From a virus: a DNA stretch of 64,000 bases. This document shows positions 17,464 to 26,533 of the stretch, piece after piece. The notes below the pieces were generated by a model. That model saw only the letters and a program-made list of their open reading frames with translations. It ran no database searches and was not told the DNA's origin. Made by a program: the position numbers and the translations under genes. Where the stretch lies: positions 1 to 64,000 of the IMG/VR virus record IMGVR_UViG_3300044825_002278. One strand, written 5' to 3'. The first letter of the stretch is position 1. The number at the start of each line of letters is the position of its first letter.

Positions 17464-18806
17464 TGGCTAGATCAAGGCTCGGACACGGATTTAAATGCTG
17501 CAAAGAAGAGAGTTCTTCTTCTTCTTCTATAAGTAGTTCTATAGTTTCTAGTTCTGCTGTTAGTTCCTCTGTTCCAAGTGGAGATTGTCCTTGTTTGGTT
17601 TATTCTGAAAAATTTTTAGCTTTTGACTCTTGTGATCCGCAGGAAGATAGAATCGGAGCCATTAGTATCGATATGTCGCCAACTAGAGTTTGCGGAAATC
17701 AAACATTTACCATTTCGTTTACTATAAGAAATGAAACTGGCGGCACATGGACTTCATCGAATGACGATATGTATGTTTATTTAGCCGTTATTAACACCAA
17801 TGGAAATTCATGTACTTCGTGTTCTGATATTGATTATGTAAGCGCAAGCCCATCTCCGTTGAGAACAAATCTAACTGGCGGAAATGTTGGATGCGCAATC
17901 ACGCAAATAGACTGGTCTATAAACCTTGGCAACAACTCGGAAACTTCGTACTCGGCTACATTCAATATGGGTACGATTTGTAATTGTACCGATCCGGTTG
18001 TTTTTGAAGTGGGTGTTGTTAGAGGTTGTCGAGCCACATTATCGGCTGTTTGCGATCCATGTCAACCATCTCCGTGTATAAGTGGTTGCCAAGTAAATAA
18101 ACCGTCTACCGCAACCGGAAGCGGTGGTCAATTTTGGAATATACTATCTTCTACATATAATACAACAAATGGAAATTGGTCGTTGGTCGCTGTTTCTAAA
18201 TCACCAACCGGAGTTGGCGCTAGTAGTTTTAGCAGTGGTCAGGTTAGCAGTACTGGCGGAGCAAATGCAGCAATTACATCGCATGTTCCAGCGGCAAATT
18301 TTGGCGGAACGGCATATCCTATTGGTACTGTTGTGACTATAAACGGAACATCTACTCCTCCAACATCGGGAAATTGTGCTAGTTGGGGTTTTCAGTTGGT
18401 TACTTATGCAATAGTTTATCTTCCGGCAGCATGGACGGCAGAAATTTGCGCAGGTGATTTTATTCCTTATCATCTTGTAAACCTAGAAGTAGATAGTTCT
18501 TTGTTTAAAAATTCTAGAAATGTTTCAACTGGAATTGGATTGCTATCTTCTATATCAAGTTCTGGCATTAGTTTGAATTCAAAAAAGTGCTGCGAAGGCG
18601 CTTGTGTTGTTGATTGTGAAAATGGTGAAGTTATTCAAACAATTTTTGATGATTGCGCAGGAAGAATTTCTGAAAATCAAGAACCATGTTCGTGTCAGTC
18701 AAACTTTGACCCAAATGTTTGTTATGGAAAACCAGACGGTCCATTAGTGATAAAGTGTGGATTTAAAAATGAAAATTTAGAATATACACTTTGCGAGGAT
18801 TCTTAA
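17463..18806 (+). CDS. Cys/Ser/Thr/Gly-rich protein, possibly virion fibre or decoration
   Basis: 447 aa, poly-Ser, many Cys, beta-strand-like segments. Confidence 0.5.
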   Translation: MARSRLGHGFKCCKEESSSSSSISSSIVSSSAVSSSVPSGDCPCLVYSEKFLAFDSCDPQEDRIGAISIDMSPTRVCGNQTFTISFTIRNETGGTWTSSNDDMYVYLAVINTNGNSCTSCSDIDYVSASPSPLRTNLTGGNVGCAITQIDWSINLGNNSETSYSATFNMGTICNCTDPVVFEVGVVRGCRATLSAVCDPCQPSPCISGCQVNKPSTATGSGGQFWNILSSTYNTTNGNWSLVAVSKSPTGVGASSFSSGQVSSTGGANAAITSHVPAANFGGTAYPIGTVVTINGTSTPPTSGNCASWGFQLVTYAIVYLPAAWTAEICAGDFIPYHLVNLEVDSSLFKNSRNVSTGIGLLSSISSSGISLNSKKCCEGACVVDCENGEVIQTIFDDCAGRISENQEPCSCQSNFDPNVCYGKPDGPLVIKCGFKNENLEYTLCEDS

Positions 18807-20141
18807 ATGAATGACTTTGAAAATTTACCGTGTGATAAAAGAATTGCATCTTCTACAGATTCAAGCAAAATGATTTGTCAGATAGCCACATCAAGACAAC
18901 CTTTTGAAGTAGAAATCGCTCCAACATTTTGCGAAACTTGTTTAAAGTGTGGTGGCTATCAAGCCGATAATAATAACAAGGGTATCAAACTTGCATCGAT
19001 GTATGCAGCTAAGAAACACTCAAAAGAGGTTTACGACCTTGCCGAAACATACAATGGAGATGGTCCCGGAACCGAACTCAAGAAAATGATTCCCAAGTGG
19101 CTTGAAAGAAAAGAATGCGGATGTGCAAATTTTGCAAAAAAGATGAATATATGGGGGCCAGATTTATGTGAAAAGAATATCGAGCAAATAGTTGATAAAC
19201 TTCATTCTGAATCTAAAAAACTTGCAATGTTTTCTTGGGTTCCAGATATTTGTACTAGAACCGTTTGTTATAAGTTGGCTTCGACAGCAATAAAAAGAGC
19301 AAGAGAAAAGGAGGGCAATATAAAAAATAAATGGTTTGTAGCAGTAACAACGGCCCCAAGAAAAGAGCAAACATTAAGCATATGTTTAGATTCATTGTTG
19401 ATTAATGGTTGGCGACCATACATATTTGCCGAACCCGGAAATTATGATTATATTAATGAAGAGTATCGTTCAAATTTAATTGTTAATAAGGAACGTAAAG
19501 GTGTTTGGTGGAATTGGGTAGAAAGTTGTAGGTACGCTCTTGAAAATTCAGACGCTGATATTATAATGACAGTTCAAGACGATGCGTTGTTCCATCCAGA
19601 TTCAAAAGACATTGCAGAAATGTTTATGTGGCCATCGAAAGATGTTGGTTTTATATCTTTATATACTCCTAGTCATTACAATGCCCTGCCAAAGGATAGA
19701 TCTTTAAATAGACCAACTGGAATAAATAGAATAACAACCAAAGCTTTATGGGGAGCTTGTGCTTTGATTTGGCCGCGTGCAGTTCTTGAAAGAGTCGTTC
19801 AGCATGAACTAATAGAAGGCTGGCTTGGCGCTCCGCTCAGAACAATGTCGGCTTGGGAAGAAAGAAAGAAAAAAAGAAAACAAGAGCCTTGGACTATACA
19901 AAATAGCGATAGTGCTATTGGTAAAATTATGAATCAAATGGGGCGAACAATGTGGTTTGTTGATCCATCACCGGTTCAACACATAGCTAAATATTCAGCA
20001 ATAAATCATGGAGGAAACGAAGGAAAAAGAAATTGCGGACGATGTGCTAGTTATAAAACTCCATTGAAAGATCAAGTTCCGTTTTTGTTTAATGGAGAAC
20101 CGGCAAAAACATTTTTAGCAAAAGAGCTAGAATTTAGTTGA
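18807..20141 (+). CDS. Cys-rich domain fused to a GT-A-like glycosyltransferase
   Basis: GPGTELKK..CGC..KMNIWG..C N-terminal domain; IMTVQDD (DxD-like), PSPVQH. Confidence 0.6.
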   Translation: MNDFENLPCDKRIASSTDSSKMICQIATSRQPFEVEIAPTFCETCLKCGGYQADNNNKGIKLASMYAAKKHSKEVYDLAETYNGDGPGTELKKMIPKWLERKECGCANFAKKMNIWGPDLCEKNIEQIVDKLHSESKKLAMFSWVPDICTRTVCYKLASTAIKRAREKEGNIKNKWFVAVTTAPRKEQTLSICLDSLLINGWRPYIFAEPGNYDYINEEYRSNLIVNKERKGVWWNWVESCRYALENSDADIIMTVQDDALFHPDSKDIAEMFMWPSKDVGFISLYTPSHYNALPKDRSLNRPTGINRITTKALWGACALIWPRAVLERVVQHELIEGWLGAPLRTMSAWEERKKKRKQEPWTIQNSDSAIGKIMNQMGRTMWFVDPSPVQHIAKYSAINHGGNEGKRNCGRCASYKTPLKDQVPFLFNGEPAKTFLAKELEFS

Positions 20142-20166
20142 CATAATTGCCGATACAATGTATAAT
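20138..20166 (+). promoter_or_regulatory. Consensus sigma70 promoter with GCCGATA in the spacer
   Basis: TTGACA-17-TATAAT. Confidence 0.8.
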
Positions 20167-20223
20167 CAATGTGTAACCAGAGATTACAACGTGTAATCCT
20201 TTTTTAGTGTAAGGAGATTTTTT

Positions 20224-20577
20224 GTGAAGAATTTTGTTTTGTTGATTTTGGTTTTTGTTTTTGGTGTAATTATTAGCGCTTCTGTTTCGGCTCAAGAGCC
20301 TATTGCTGAAGCTCCTCCGTCTGTCGAAACGCTTATTCACCAAGAAGGATCTTCGGTAACTGTTTCAAATTTGTCAGAATCTTGCGAAAATTGTACAGGA
20401 AGTTCGCGAATGGCTACGGTGTTTAATATGCCCGCAAAGTTTGTTCAGCGGATTGTTTGTTCGTCTCCGGTACAGCGTATTTCTCAAGCACCTTCGCGTT
20501 TTGGTCGATGGGTTCAATGCAATAGACCAGTTCGGTCTACAATGCGAAGCGCGGCTTGTCGCCTGCGTTGTCGGTAA
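20224..20577 (+). CDS. Secreted small protein with Arg/Cys-rich tail
   Basis: AGGAG RBS, signal peptide ending VSA-Q. Confidence 0.65.
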   Translation: MKNFVLLILVFVFGVIISASVSAQEPIAEAPPSVETLIHQEGSSVTVSNLSESCENCTGSSRMATVFNMPAKFVQRIVCSSPVQRISQAPSRFGRWVQCNRPVRSTMRSAACRLRCR

Positions 20578-20583
20578 TATAAT

Positions 20584-20677
20584 AAAAAACAAAAGTCGGA
20601 AGCATTTGGTTCGTCCATTTAGCGATTAGACAGATCGACAAGACTAGATTCGCCGGTGAAAATCCGGCTTGTTTTTT
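20584..20677 (+). ncRNA. Possible tRNA-like structured RNA heading the tRNA cluster
   Basis: AAAAAACAA/TTGTTTTTT terminal stem; 5-bp/7-nt T-arm-like GCCGG-TGAAAAT-CCGGC; abuts tRNA-Thr. Confidence 0.4.
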
Positions 20678-20750
20678 GCCACCATAGCTCAGTTGGAAGA
20701 GCAATAGTTTTGTAAACTATTTGTCGCGGGTTCGATTCCTGCTGGTGGCT
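20678..20750 (+). tRNA. tRNA-Thr(TGT)
   Basis: GCCACCA/TGGTGGC acceptor, ATAGT-TTTGTAA-ACTAT. Confidence 0.95.
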
Positions 20751-20752
20751 TT

Positions 20753-20826
20753 GGTGCTATAGAACAATCGGTCAGTTCGCCAGCCTGTCACGCTGGAGGT
20801 TACGGGTTCGAGTCCCGTTAGCATCG
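20753..20826 (+). tRNA. tRNA-Asp(GTC)
   Basis: GGTGCTA/TAGCATC acceptor, CCAGC-CTGTCAC-GCTGG. Confidence 0.95.
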
Positions 20827-20828
20827 TT

Positions 20829-20900
20829 GGCCCTATCGTCTAAAGGTTAGGACATTACCCTTTCAAGGTAAAAATATGGGTTCGATTCCCATTAGGGTCA
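20829..20900 (+). tRNA. tRNA-Glu(TTC)
   Basis: GGCCCTA/TAGGGTC acceptor, TTACC-CTTTCAA-GGTAA. Confidence 0.95.
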
Positions 20901-20928
20901 CTTTTCTTTTTTATTAGGAGTTAAAAAT

Positions 20929-21591
20929 ATGTATACAAAATGCGATGCTGATTCTTGGAATAATGCACAAAATGCAGAATTTAGTTTATGGGGAGGATTT
21001 AATGTAGGCGACGGAGATGATTGGAGCGAATTTTGGAAAATAAATTTTGACAATTATGATGCTATTAATGGAAAATTCTTCAAAGATGTAATAGAAGTAG
21101 GTTGCGGTCCTTACGGAAGAAACATAAGGAAAATTTCTACTTTAATTACATACGAAAATTTACATGTTTTAGATCCGCTGCTTGATAAATACTGCAAAAA
21201 TAAAAAATCTGGTATACATAATTTCATAACAACCAACAATGTTAAGACCTATAGCTTCGGACTTGAAAAACTTTCTGTTGAAAATTCATTTGATTTAATT
21301 ATATGTAACAATGTTTTAGATCATTGTTATGATGCTGATTTATGCTTAGAAAATATGTATAATGCCCTTCGTCCAAACGGTATCTTAATTTTTGGAAACG
21401 ATACAAAAGATATCAATGACGCTGCGATTGCAAGAGATACAATGCATCCACTCATGATAGAGATTGATTATATTAAGAATTATTCTAGCAAATACAAGAT
21501 TTTGTTTGAAAAATTTATTGACAGAAAAAATTGTAGAAATCCAGTTGCTTGTTGTGGTTGCGTGTTTTATATATTGCAGAAGGTTTTGTAA
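20929..21591 (+). CDS. Class I SAM-dependent methyltransferase
   Basis: VIEVGCGP, FDLIICNNVLDH, LRPNGIL. Confidence 0.85.
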   Translation: MYTKCDADSWNNAQNAEFSLWGGFNVGDGDDWSEFWKINFDNYDAINGKFFKDVIEVGCGPYGRNIRKISTLITYENLHVLDPLLDKYCKNKKSGIHNFITTNNVKTYSFGLEKLSVENSFDLIICNNVLDHCYDADLCLENMYNALRPNGILIFGNDTKDINDAAIARDTMHPLMIEIDYIKNYSSKYKILFEKFIDRKNCRNPVACCGCVFYILQKVL

Positions 21592-21601
21592 TATGGTAAT
21601 T

Positions 21602-21763
21602 ATGAAGTTTTTAGGTTTAGTTTGGGTAATTTTATTTTTCATTGCAGCAATAGCCGGTATTTGGGAGTTTATTTCTCTTGAGATATTTACAAAAACAATT
21701 GCTACGATGATTGTTGTTGGAATTTGCTTGGTTTTTTTGAATTTGCTTTATGGTAAATTATGA
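21602..21763 (+). CDS. Small two-TM membrane protein
   Basis: Two hydrophobic helices; start uncertain. Confidence 0.45.
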   Translation: MKFLGLVWVILFFIAAIAGIWEFISLEIFTKTIATMIVVGICLVFLNLLYGKL

Positions 21764-21872
21764 AGTTTTGATTAATAATTCTTAATACCGCTTTTTTAAT
21801 CTGCTGACTTGTGTAACACAAACCATAATGTTGGTATGTTATATAGTCAAATGTTTTAAAAGGGTATTTAGA

Positions 21873-22907
21873 ATGAAACGAAAAGCTTTTACTTTAATTG
21901 AATTATTGGTTGTTATTGCTATTATTGGTATTCTTGTTGGAATGCTGCTTCCTGCTATTCAAAGTGTTCGCGAAGCTGCCCGTCGAACTCAATGCATGAA
22001 CAACATGCGACAAATTGGAATTGCTGTTATGAATTATGAAAGTGCAATGAAGTACCTTCCGGCAAGTCGTTGGGGTACAAGCAGAACAATAACAAATAGC
22101 CCAATAACTGGCGTGACTTTAAATGTACATAGCGCAAAAACCAAGGACCATTCTTGGCTTGCTTTAGTTCTTCCATATATCGAACAAGTTGGTCTTGCCG
22201 ATTTGTATGATGGAACCAATAATTCATATTGGTGGAATGGCGCATCTACCTCAAACCCAGCGTCAACAAACTTAGCAGTATCAAGAACTTTCGTAAATGC
22301 ATTTTTATGTCCGTCATCTCCCGGAAGTAATCGCACCGATCCATACCTTGTTATTGGTGCTGCCGCTGGCGATTATAGCTCAATAAATGAAGTAAAAGAA
22401 GACTTTTATACAGGAGCGTTAGGATTGGCCGCTGCTGCTGTTCCTGCTCAACGCGCACGCGATGGGGTTTTAGCTAAAGATGTTAGAAATCCTTTACGAG
22501 ATGTTATCGATGGAACTTCAAATACATTCATGATTGGCGAAGCTAGTGGCGCTCCAGATGTTTATATCCGAAGGAAATTAATGACAATAACAGAATACAA
22601 TGCGTATATTGCTGATGGAGGAACAAAAGTAACCAATTCAATCGCTGGAAGATATCTTCTTGTTGATGGAACTGGTTGGGCCGATCCAGACCGTGGATAT
22701 TCAATAAATGGCGCTAGAGTTTCTGGTGTCGCTGGAGGACCAAAGGTAATGAACTACATTAACGCAAGTGAGACATTTAGTTTTCATCCCGGTGGATGTG
22801 CGTTTGTTCGTGCTGACGGTTCTACTGAATATGTATCTGAAGCAATAAATCCAGCAACTTTTGGCGCTAAATGCACAAGAGCTGGATCAGAAATAATTCA
22901 AGATTAA
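21873..22907 (+). CDS. DUF1559 prepilin-type N-terminal cleavage/methylation protein
   Basis: [40 protein letters not shown]; FLCPS; DGTSNT..GE; SFHPGG...RADGS (H-X9-DG). Confidence 0.95.
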   Translation: MKRKAFTLIELLVVIAIIGILVGMLLPAIQSVREAARRTQCMNNMRQIGIAVMNYESAMKYLPASRWGTSRTITNSPITGVTLNVHSAKTKDHSWLALVLPYIEQVGLADLYDGTNNSYWWNGASTSNPASTNLAVSRTFVNAFLCPSSPGSNRTDPYLVIGAAAGDYSSINEVKEDFYTGALGLAAAAVPAQRARDGVLAKDVRNPLRDVIDGTSNTFMIGEASGAPDVYIRRKLMTITEYNAYIADGGTKVTNSIAGRYLLVDGTGWADPDRGYSINGARVSGVAGGPKVMNYINASETFSFHPGGCAFVRADGSTEYVSEAINPATFGAKCTRAGSEIIQD

Positions 22908-22909
22908 TC

Positions 22910-23199
22910 GGGCTAGTAACGGTATCGATTTGATATGGAAGATTTAAATGCATCGCGTAGTTGGGATAGAGGCTACGTTAAAACTATTCCACAAATTTAA
23001 TTGGCAAGAATACTCTTGCTCTTGCTGCCTAATAAGTAGCTAGGGTTGTCAAACACCCTATTAACCAAAGTTTGACAGCGTAATATCGTTCTTGGACTGA
23101 CTTGCCTTGCTGTCAGGTAAAAAATGCAATGCGCTAACGATGTAGATTTTATTTTGGAAGTATTCAAAGACCCGAGTTCGACTCTCGGCTAGTCCACCA
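22910..23199 (+). ncRNA. ssrA: tmRNA, tag (A)GKNTLALAA
   Basis: GGGCTAG/CTAGTCC-ACCA acceptor with G3:U70, CCGAG-TTCGACT-CTCGG T-arm, internal frame GGC AAG AAT ACT CTT GCT CTT GCT GCC TAA. Confidence 0.93.
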
Positions 23200-23207
23200 T
23201 ACAAACC

Positions 23208-23233
23208 AACCCTCTCTTAGTAGAGGGTTTTTT
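23208..23233 (+). terminator. Intrinsic terminator after tmRNA
   Basis: AACCCTCT/AGAGGGTT hairpin plus T-tract. Confidence 0.75.
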
Positions 23234-23255
23234 GTTCAAAATTTTTTATTTTATG

Positions 23256-23284
23256 TTGACAAAGACTGTTGATACGTCTATAAT
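23256..23284 (+). promoter_or_regulatory. Consensus sigma70 promoter
   Basis: TTGACA-17-TATAAT. Confidence 0.8.
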
Positions 23285-23318
23285 AATGATGTATCAAACG
23301 AGTTAAAAAGGAAATCGG

Positions 23319-23735
23319 ATGGCTAAAAAAAAGAAACGTGTACCACTCAAACCGTGTCCTGCGTGTGGAACAAAAGTTCATGCAAGGAAGGCAACATGCG
23401 AATGCGGTCATTGTTTTTATGAAAAGAAAAATGGTCTGATTACTGATTGGAAAAAGTTGAAAAAGGGAGATCTTATCCGATCTCTGTATGGTAATGGCCC
23501 ATATTGGGAAGATCCTGTCAGTAAAGAAAAATTGTATATGGGTTCTTACGGAAAGTTTGCTGTAAATAAAGTTGGTGAAAACTATATTGAATGTGCCGAA
23601 GTTAGTAAATACGGCAATCATTCTAGTGGGCATCATATACTTTACATGGGTGAGTCAAAAAAATCGGAATTGTGTGATAATCTTTATAGATGCCCGCACA
23701 AATTAATTAGTGTTTCGTTTAAAGGAGAGTCTTGA
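23319..23735 (+). CDS. Zinc-ribbon protein
   Basis: CPACG...CECG N-terminus; AAGGA RBS. Confidence 0.65.
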   Translation: MAKKKKRVPLKPCPACGTKVHARKATCECGHCFYEKKNGLITDWKKLKKGDLIRSLYGNGPYWEDPVSKEKLYMGSYGKFAVNKVGENYIECAEVSKYGNHSSGHHILYMGESKKSELCDNLYRCPHKLISVSFKGES

Positions 23736-23947
23736 TGTTTACTGATTGGAATTCTATTCTATCGAATAGGGACAATGTGAATGCCGTAAATCATTTTGCC
23801 AGTGGCCGAATGAGCGGCGAGGAGTTTTATGCTAGGTTTAGCGGAACTAGACTTGGGGGTTCTATCCGAAATCTTCTCCGTACATACGGTGTTGATCGCG
23901 CAAGAATCTTGGCAAAGAAGGCATTGAATCGTAGGGAACTTGTTTAA
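23732..23947 (+). CDS. Hypothetical protein
   Basis: AGGAG RBS, coupled. Confidence 0.6.
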   Translation: MMFTDWNSILSNRDNVNAVNHFASGRMSGEEFYARFSGTRLGGSIRNLLRTYGVDRARILAKKALNRRELV

Positions 23948-23964
23948 TTTTTGGAGGTTTTATC

Positions 23965-24318
23965 ATGTTGAATAATCGTGTTATTTTGAAGGGCAATTTG
24001 ACCAAAGATCCAGAATACAAGACTGTATCCGATAAGGAGCTTGTATCTTTCCGAATTGCTGTTAATGAATCAGTTGGCAACGGCAAGGAAGAAACCGTTT
24101 ACATGGACGTTGATGGTTGGGGAAGTCATGCTGGTTATGCTCGCGATGTTTCTCTCAGCAAGGGTGATCGAGTTATTATTGATGGTCGCCTGCGACAGCG
24201 TAACTGGGAAGACAAGACTGGCGTAAACCGAACTTCTTATACTGTTTTGCCCAGCACGTTTTCTAAGGTTGTAAAGCCTGCGAAGGCTGGTTCCGATTCT
24301 AACGTCGAGACTTTTTAA
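23965..24318 (+). CDS. ssb: Single-stranded DNA-binding protein
   Basis: NRVILKGNLTKDPE, FRIAVN, KGDRVIIDGRLRQRNWEDK. Confidence 0.9.
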   Translation: MLNNRVILKGNLTKDPEYKTVSDKELVSFRIAVNESVGNGKEETVYMDVDGWGSHAGYARDVSLSKGDRVIIDGRLRQRNWEDKTGVNRTSYTVLPSTFSKVVKPAKAGSDSNVETF

Positions 24319-24323
24319 GTTTT

Positions 24324-24533
24324 ATGAAAAATCGTCAATACTTGATTAATACGTTACGTGATATTGAGATTAGACTTAATCTCTTGCAAGATCGATCTTA
24401 TTCTTTGGAAAACAATTCTTCTGAACTGAGACAAATCAATAAACGAAGAAAGAAACTTGATAAAGATAAAGAAAAAATCTTGAGAAAACTAGAACAGCTA
24501 AATAGTAATCAAGAATACAATGATTTAGATTAG
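24324..24533 (+). CDS. Hypothetical coiled-coil protein
   Basis: ORF followed by terminator. Confidence 0.5.
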   Translation: MKNRQYLINTLRDIEIRLNLLQDRSYSLENNSSELRQINKRRKKLDKDKEKILRKLEQLNSNQEYNDLD

Positions 24534-24552
24534 TGGAAATCCACTATTTACA

Positions 24553-24584
24553 AATGCCCTCCTAGCGAGGGCATTATTTTTTTA
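24553..24584 (+). terminator. Intrinsic terminator
   Basis: AATGCCCTC/GAGGGCATT hairpin plus T-tract. Confidence 0.75.
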
Positions 24585-24616
24585 ACAAGCGTTTGTCTTA
24601 CTTATACTAATCGGAG

Positions 24617-24847
24617 TTGATAATGAAAAAGCCAGATAAAGCAAAACAAAATAGAAATTTAGAGCAGGGGAAAAAGAAACATCTAAAGCAAATTGCTAAA
24701 AATAAATCAAACAAGTTAAAGAAGCTACGAAGAATGGCCGATAATACACAAAAGCGACAGATGGAACAAGAAATGTTTAAGATGCAGCAAGAAATAAGAA
24801 AAATTCAAAACAAGGGCTTGACAATCAGGAATCCTGTTGTAGAATAA
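24617..24847 (+). CDS. Hypothetical basic protein
   Basis: GGAG RBS; Lys-rich. Confidence 0.5.
   Translation: MIMKKPDKAKQNRNLEQGKKKHLKQIAKNKSNKLKKLRRMADNTQKRQMEQEMFKMQQEIRKIQNKGLTIRNPVVE
24818..24845 (+). promoter_or_regulatory. Sigma70-type promoter
   Basis: TTGACA-16-TAGAAT. Confidence 0.55.
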
Positions 24848-24877
24848 TGTAGTATCAACAAATTTAGCGAGGTTAAA

Positions 24878-25327
24878 ATGCATAATACTGGAACTTGGAA
24901 CTCTGATTTAGCGTTGTTTTACTTGATTGTTTTCTTGACTCCATTGTGGCTCAAGATGATTTTTTGGACAATTAGCGCGTTTGGCGCAAATACCAAGGTA
25001 ATTCGCATTGAAAAAGAGATCCCTGTTCCTGTAAATGTTTACAAAGATCGGGTTATTTATAGAGACAGGCCATCAAAACCAGCAGCAAAACCAGCTCCAA
25101 AGAAAGAGGCCAAGGTTGTTAAGATGGTCAAAGAAGTTCCTACTGCCAGAAAAAATGTTACAGATAGTTCTGTTATGTCAGACGTAATTTCTGGGCTAAA
25201 AACTCTTGGCGTACATAAAAGTCAGGGCAGAGAGCTTGTAGAAAAACTATGTAAAAATAAACAGTATAATACGGCAGAAGACTTGCTGCAAGATTGTATC
25301 GCCCATATCCATAAATTGCGTACATAA
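24878..25327 (+). CDS. Membrane-anchored protein with a RuvA domain III-like C-terminus
   Basis: N-terminal TM, Lys/Pro linker, DVISGLKTLGV.KSQ....V......TAEDLL. Confidence 0.55.
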   Translation: MHNTGTWNSDLALFYLIVFLTPLWLKMIFWTISAFGANTKVIRIEKEIPVPVNVYKDRVIYRDRPSKPAAKPAPKKEAKVVKMVKEVPTARKNVTDSSVMSDVISGLKTLGVHKSQGRELVEKLCKNKQYNTAEDLLQDCIAHIHKLRT

Positions 25328-25351
25328 TGATATACTTTCAACAATCTCAAA

Positions 25352-25864
25352 ATGGTGTACGTTATGTGTAAATTTTTGCTATCTTTGTTATTTTGTATTT
25401 TGTTTTCAACTTCAACATTGGCTCAAACCTACTACTATTCTTATAGTGGTTATAGCAAGGGTGGTTTTAATTGGCCCGGAATGACCAAGGAAAAAACCAA
25501 TACCTTAATACAAGAAGCTTTTGCCGAAATAAACAAACATTCAAAAATGCAGGTAAAGCCTTGGTCTGGCAAAGGCGGTTATCAGATAACAATAAAGTTT
25601 TCTGACAAAATTCCATATAACGCTCTTGCTGTAATGGATGGCAGCACAATGTTGATAAGTAAAACAAGACCTGTTCAGCCAGTAAATTGCCGTAGTGTTG
25701 TAATGCATGAATTTTTCCATTATCTAAAATACAAAGCCAGTCCAGCGGCAGATAAATGGGGACACAGCGGAGATAAAAACTGCGCGTTTAATATCAATGG
25801 AAATATCGACAAGTTGTGTCCAGCAGAAATTAATTTTCTTGTTTCAAAATTTGGTAAAAAGTAA
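25352..25864 (+). CDS. Secreted zinc metalloprotease (metzincin-like)
   Basis: Signal peptide; VVMHEFFH..GHS. Confidence 0.65.
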   Translation: MVYVMCKFLLSLLFCILFSTSTLAQTYYYSYSGYSKGGFNWPGMTKEKTNTLIQEAFAEINKHSKMQVKPWSGKGGYQITIKFSDKIPYNALAVMDGSTMLISKTRPVQPVNCRSVVMHEFFHYLKYKASPAADKWGHSGDKNCAFNINGNIDKLCPAEINFLVSKFGKK

Positions 25865-26523
25865 TGAAAATATCTGAAGTTGCTCAACAGATACGGAATA
25901 AAGTAAATTCCTTAAAATACTCTGAACAGATTGAACATCCTAGCGTCAGCAATATATTTACCGTTGATTGGGAAAACTGTTTACCAAAACCGCCAGAAAA
26001 CACAAGTGAATTTACAATCAATGAACTTAAATATTTAGAACGTATAACAAAAAATTTATCGATATCGCAAAAGGCTTTAGTTGAGCTTGTTGATAAAGAA
26101 GCTCTTGATTTGTTTAAACCGGTTCTAAAAAAGAACAATTTATCAATAGATACAGAAGATTTTTATAAGCTTTGGAATATTTGTCGCCCAGTAGTTATGA
26201 GTTTGAAATATAAATTCAACAGACCGCGACCAGAACAACTTGCACCTTATTTTGGTATCAATATAAACGTAACAACCACGAAAACACACCAAACACCAGC
26301 CTATCCTTCTGGGCATACTACTTATGCCGCACTTGCCGCCCACTTCTTTTCTGCTAAATACCCACAGTTATCAGGAGAGTTTTTTGGTTTAGTTGGACTT
26401 GTTGGCGAGGCAAGATGCTTACAAGGGGTGCATTATCCCAGCGACAACGATGCCGCTATGACTTTATCTGGTGTTTTATGGGAAGATTTAAGATACAATT
26501 TATTTCCAAAATTTTTTATATAG
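25864..26523 (+). CDS. PAP2-family phosphatase
   Basis: K..FNRPRP, AYPSGH, AR..GVHYPSD. Confidence 0.88.
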   Translation: MKISEVAQQIRNKVNSLKYSEQIEHPSVSNIFTVDWENCLPKPPENTSEFTINELKYLERITKNLSISQKALVELVDKEALDLFKPVLKKNNLSIDTEDFYKLWNICRPVVMSLKYKFNRPRPEQLAPYFGININVTTTKTHQTPAYPSGHTTYAALAAHFFSAKYPQLSGEFFGLVGLVGEARCLQGVHYPSDNDAAMTLSGVLWEDLRYNLFPKFFI

Positions 26524-26533
26524 GAGCTAAACA

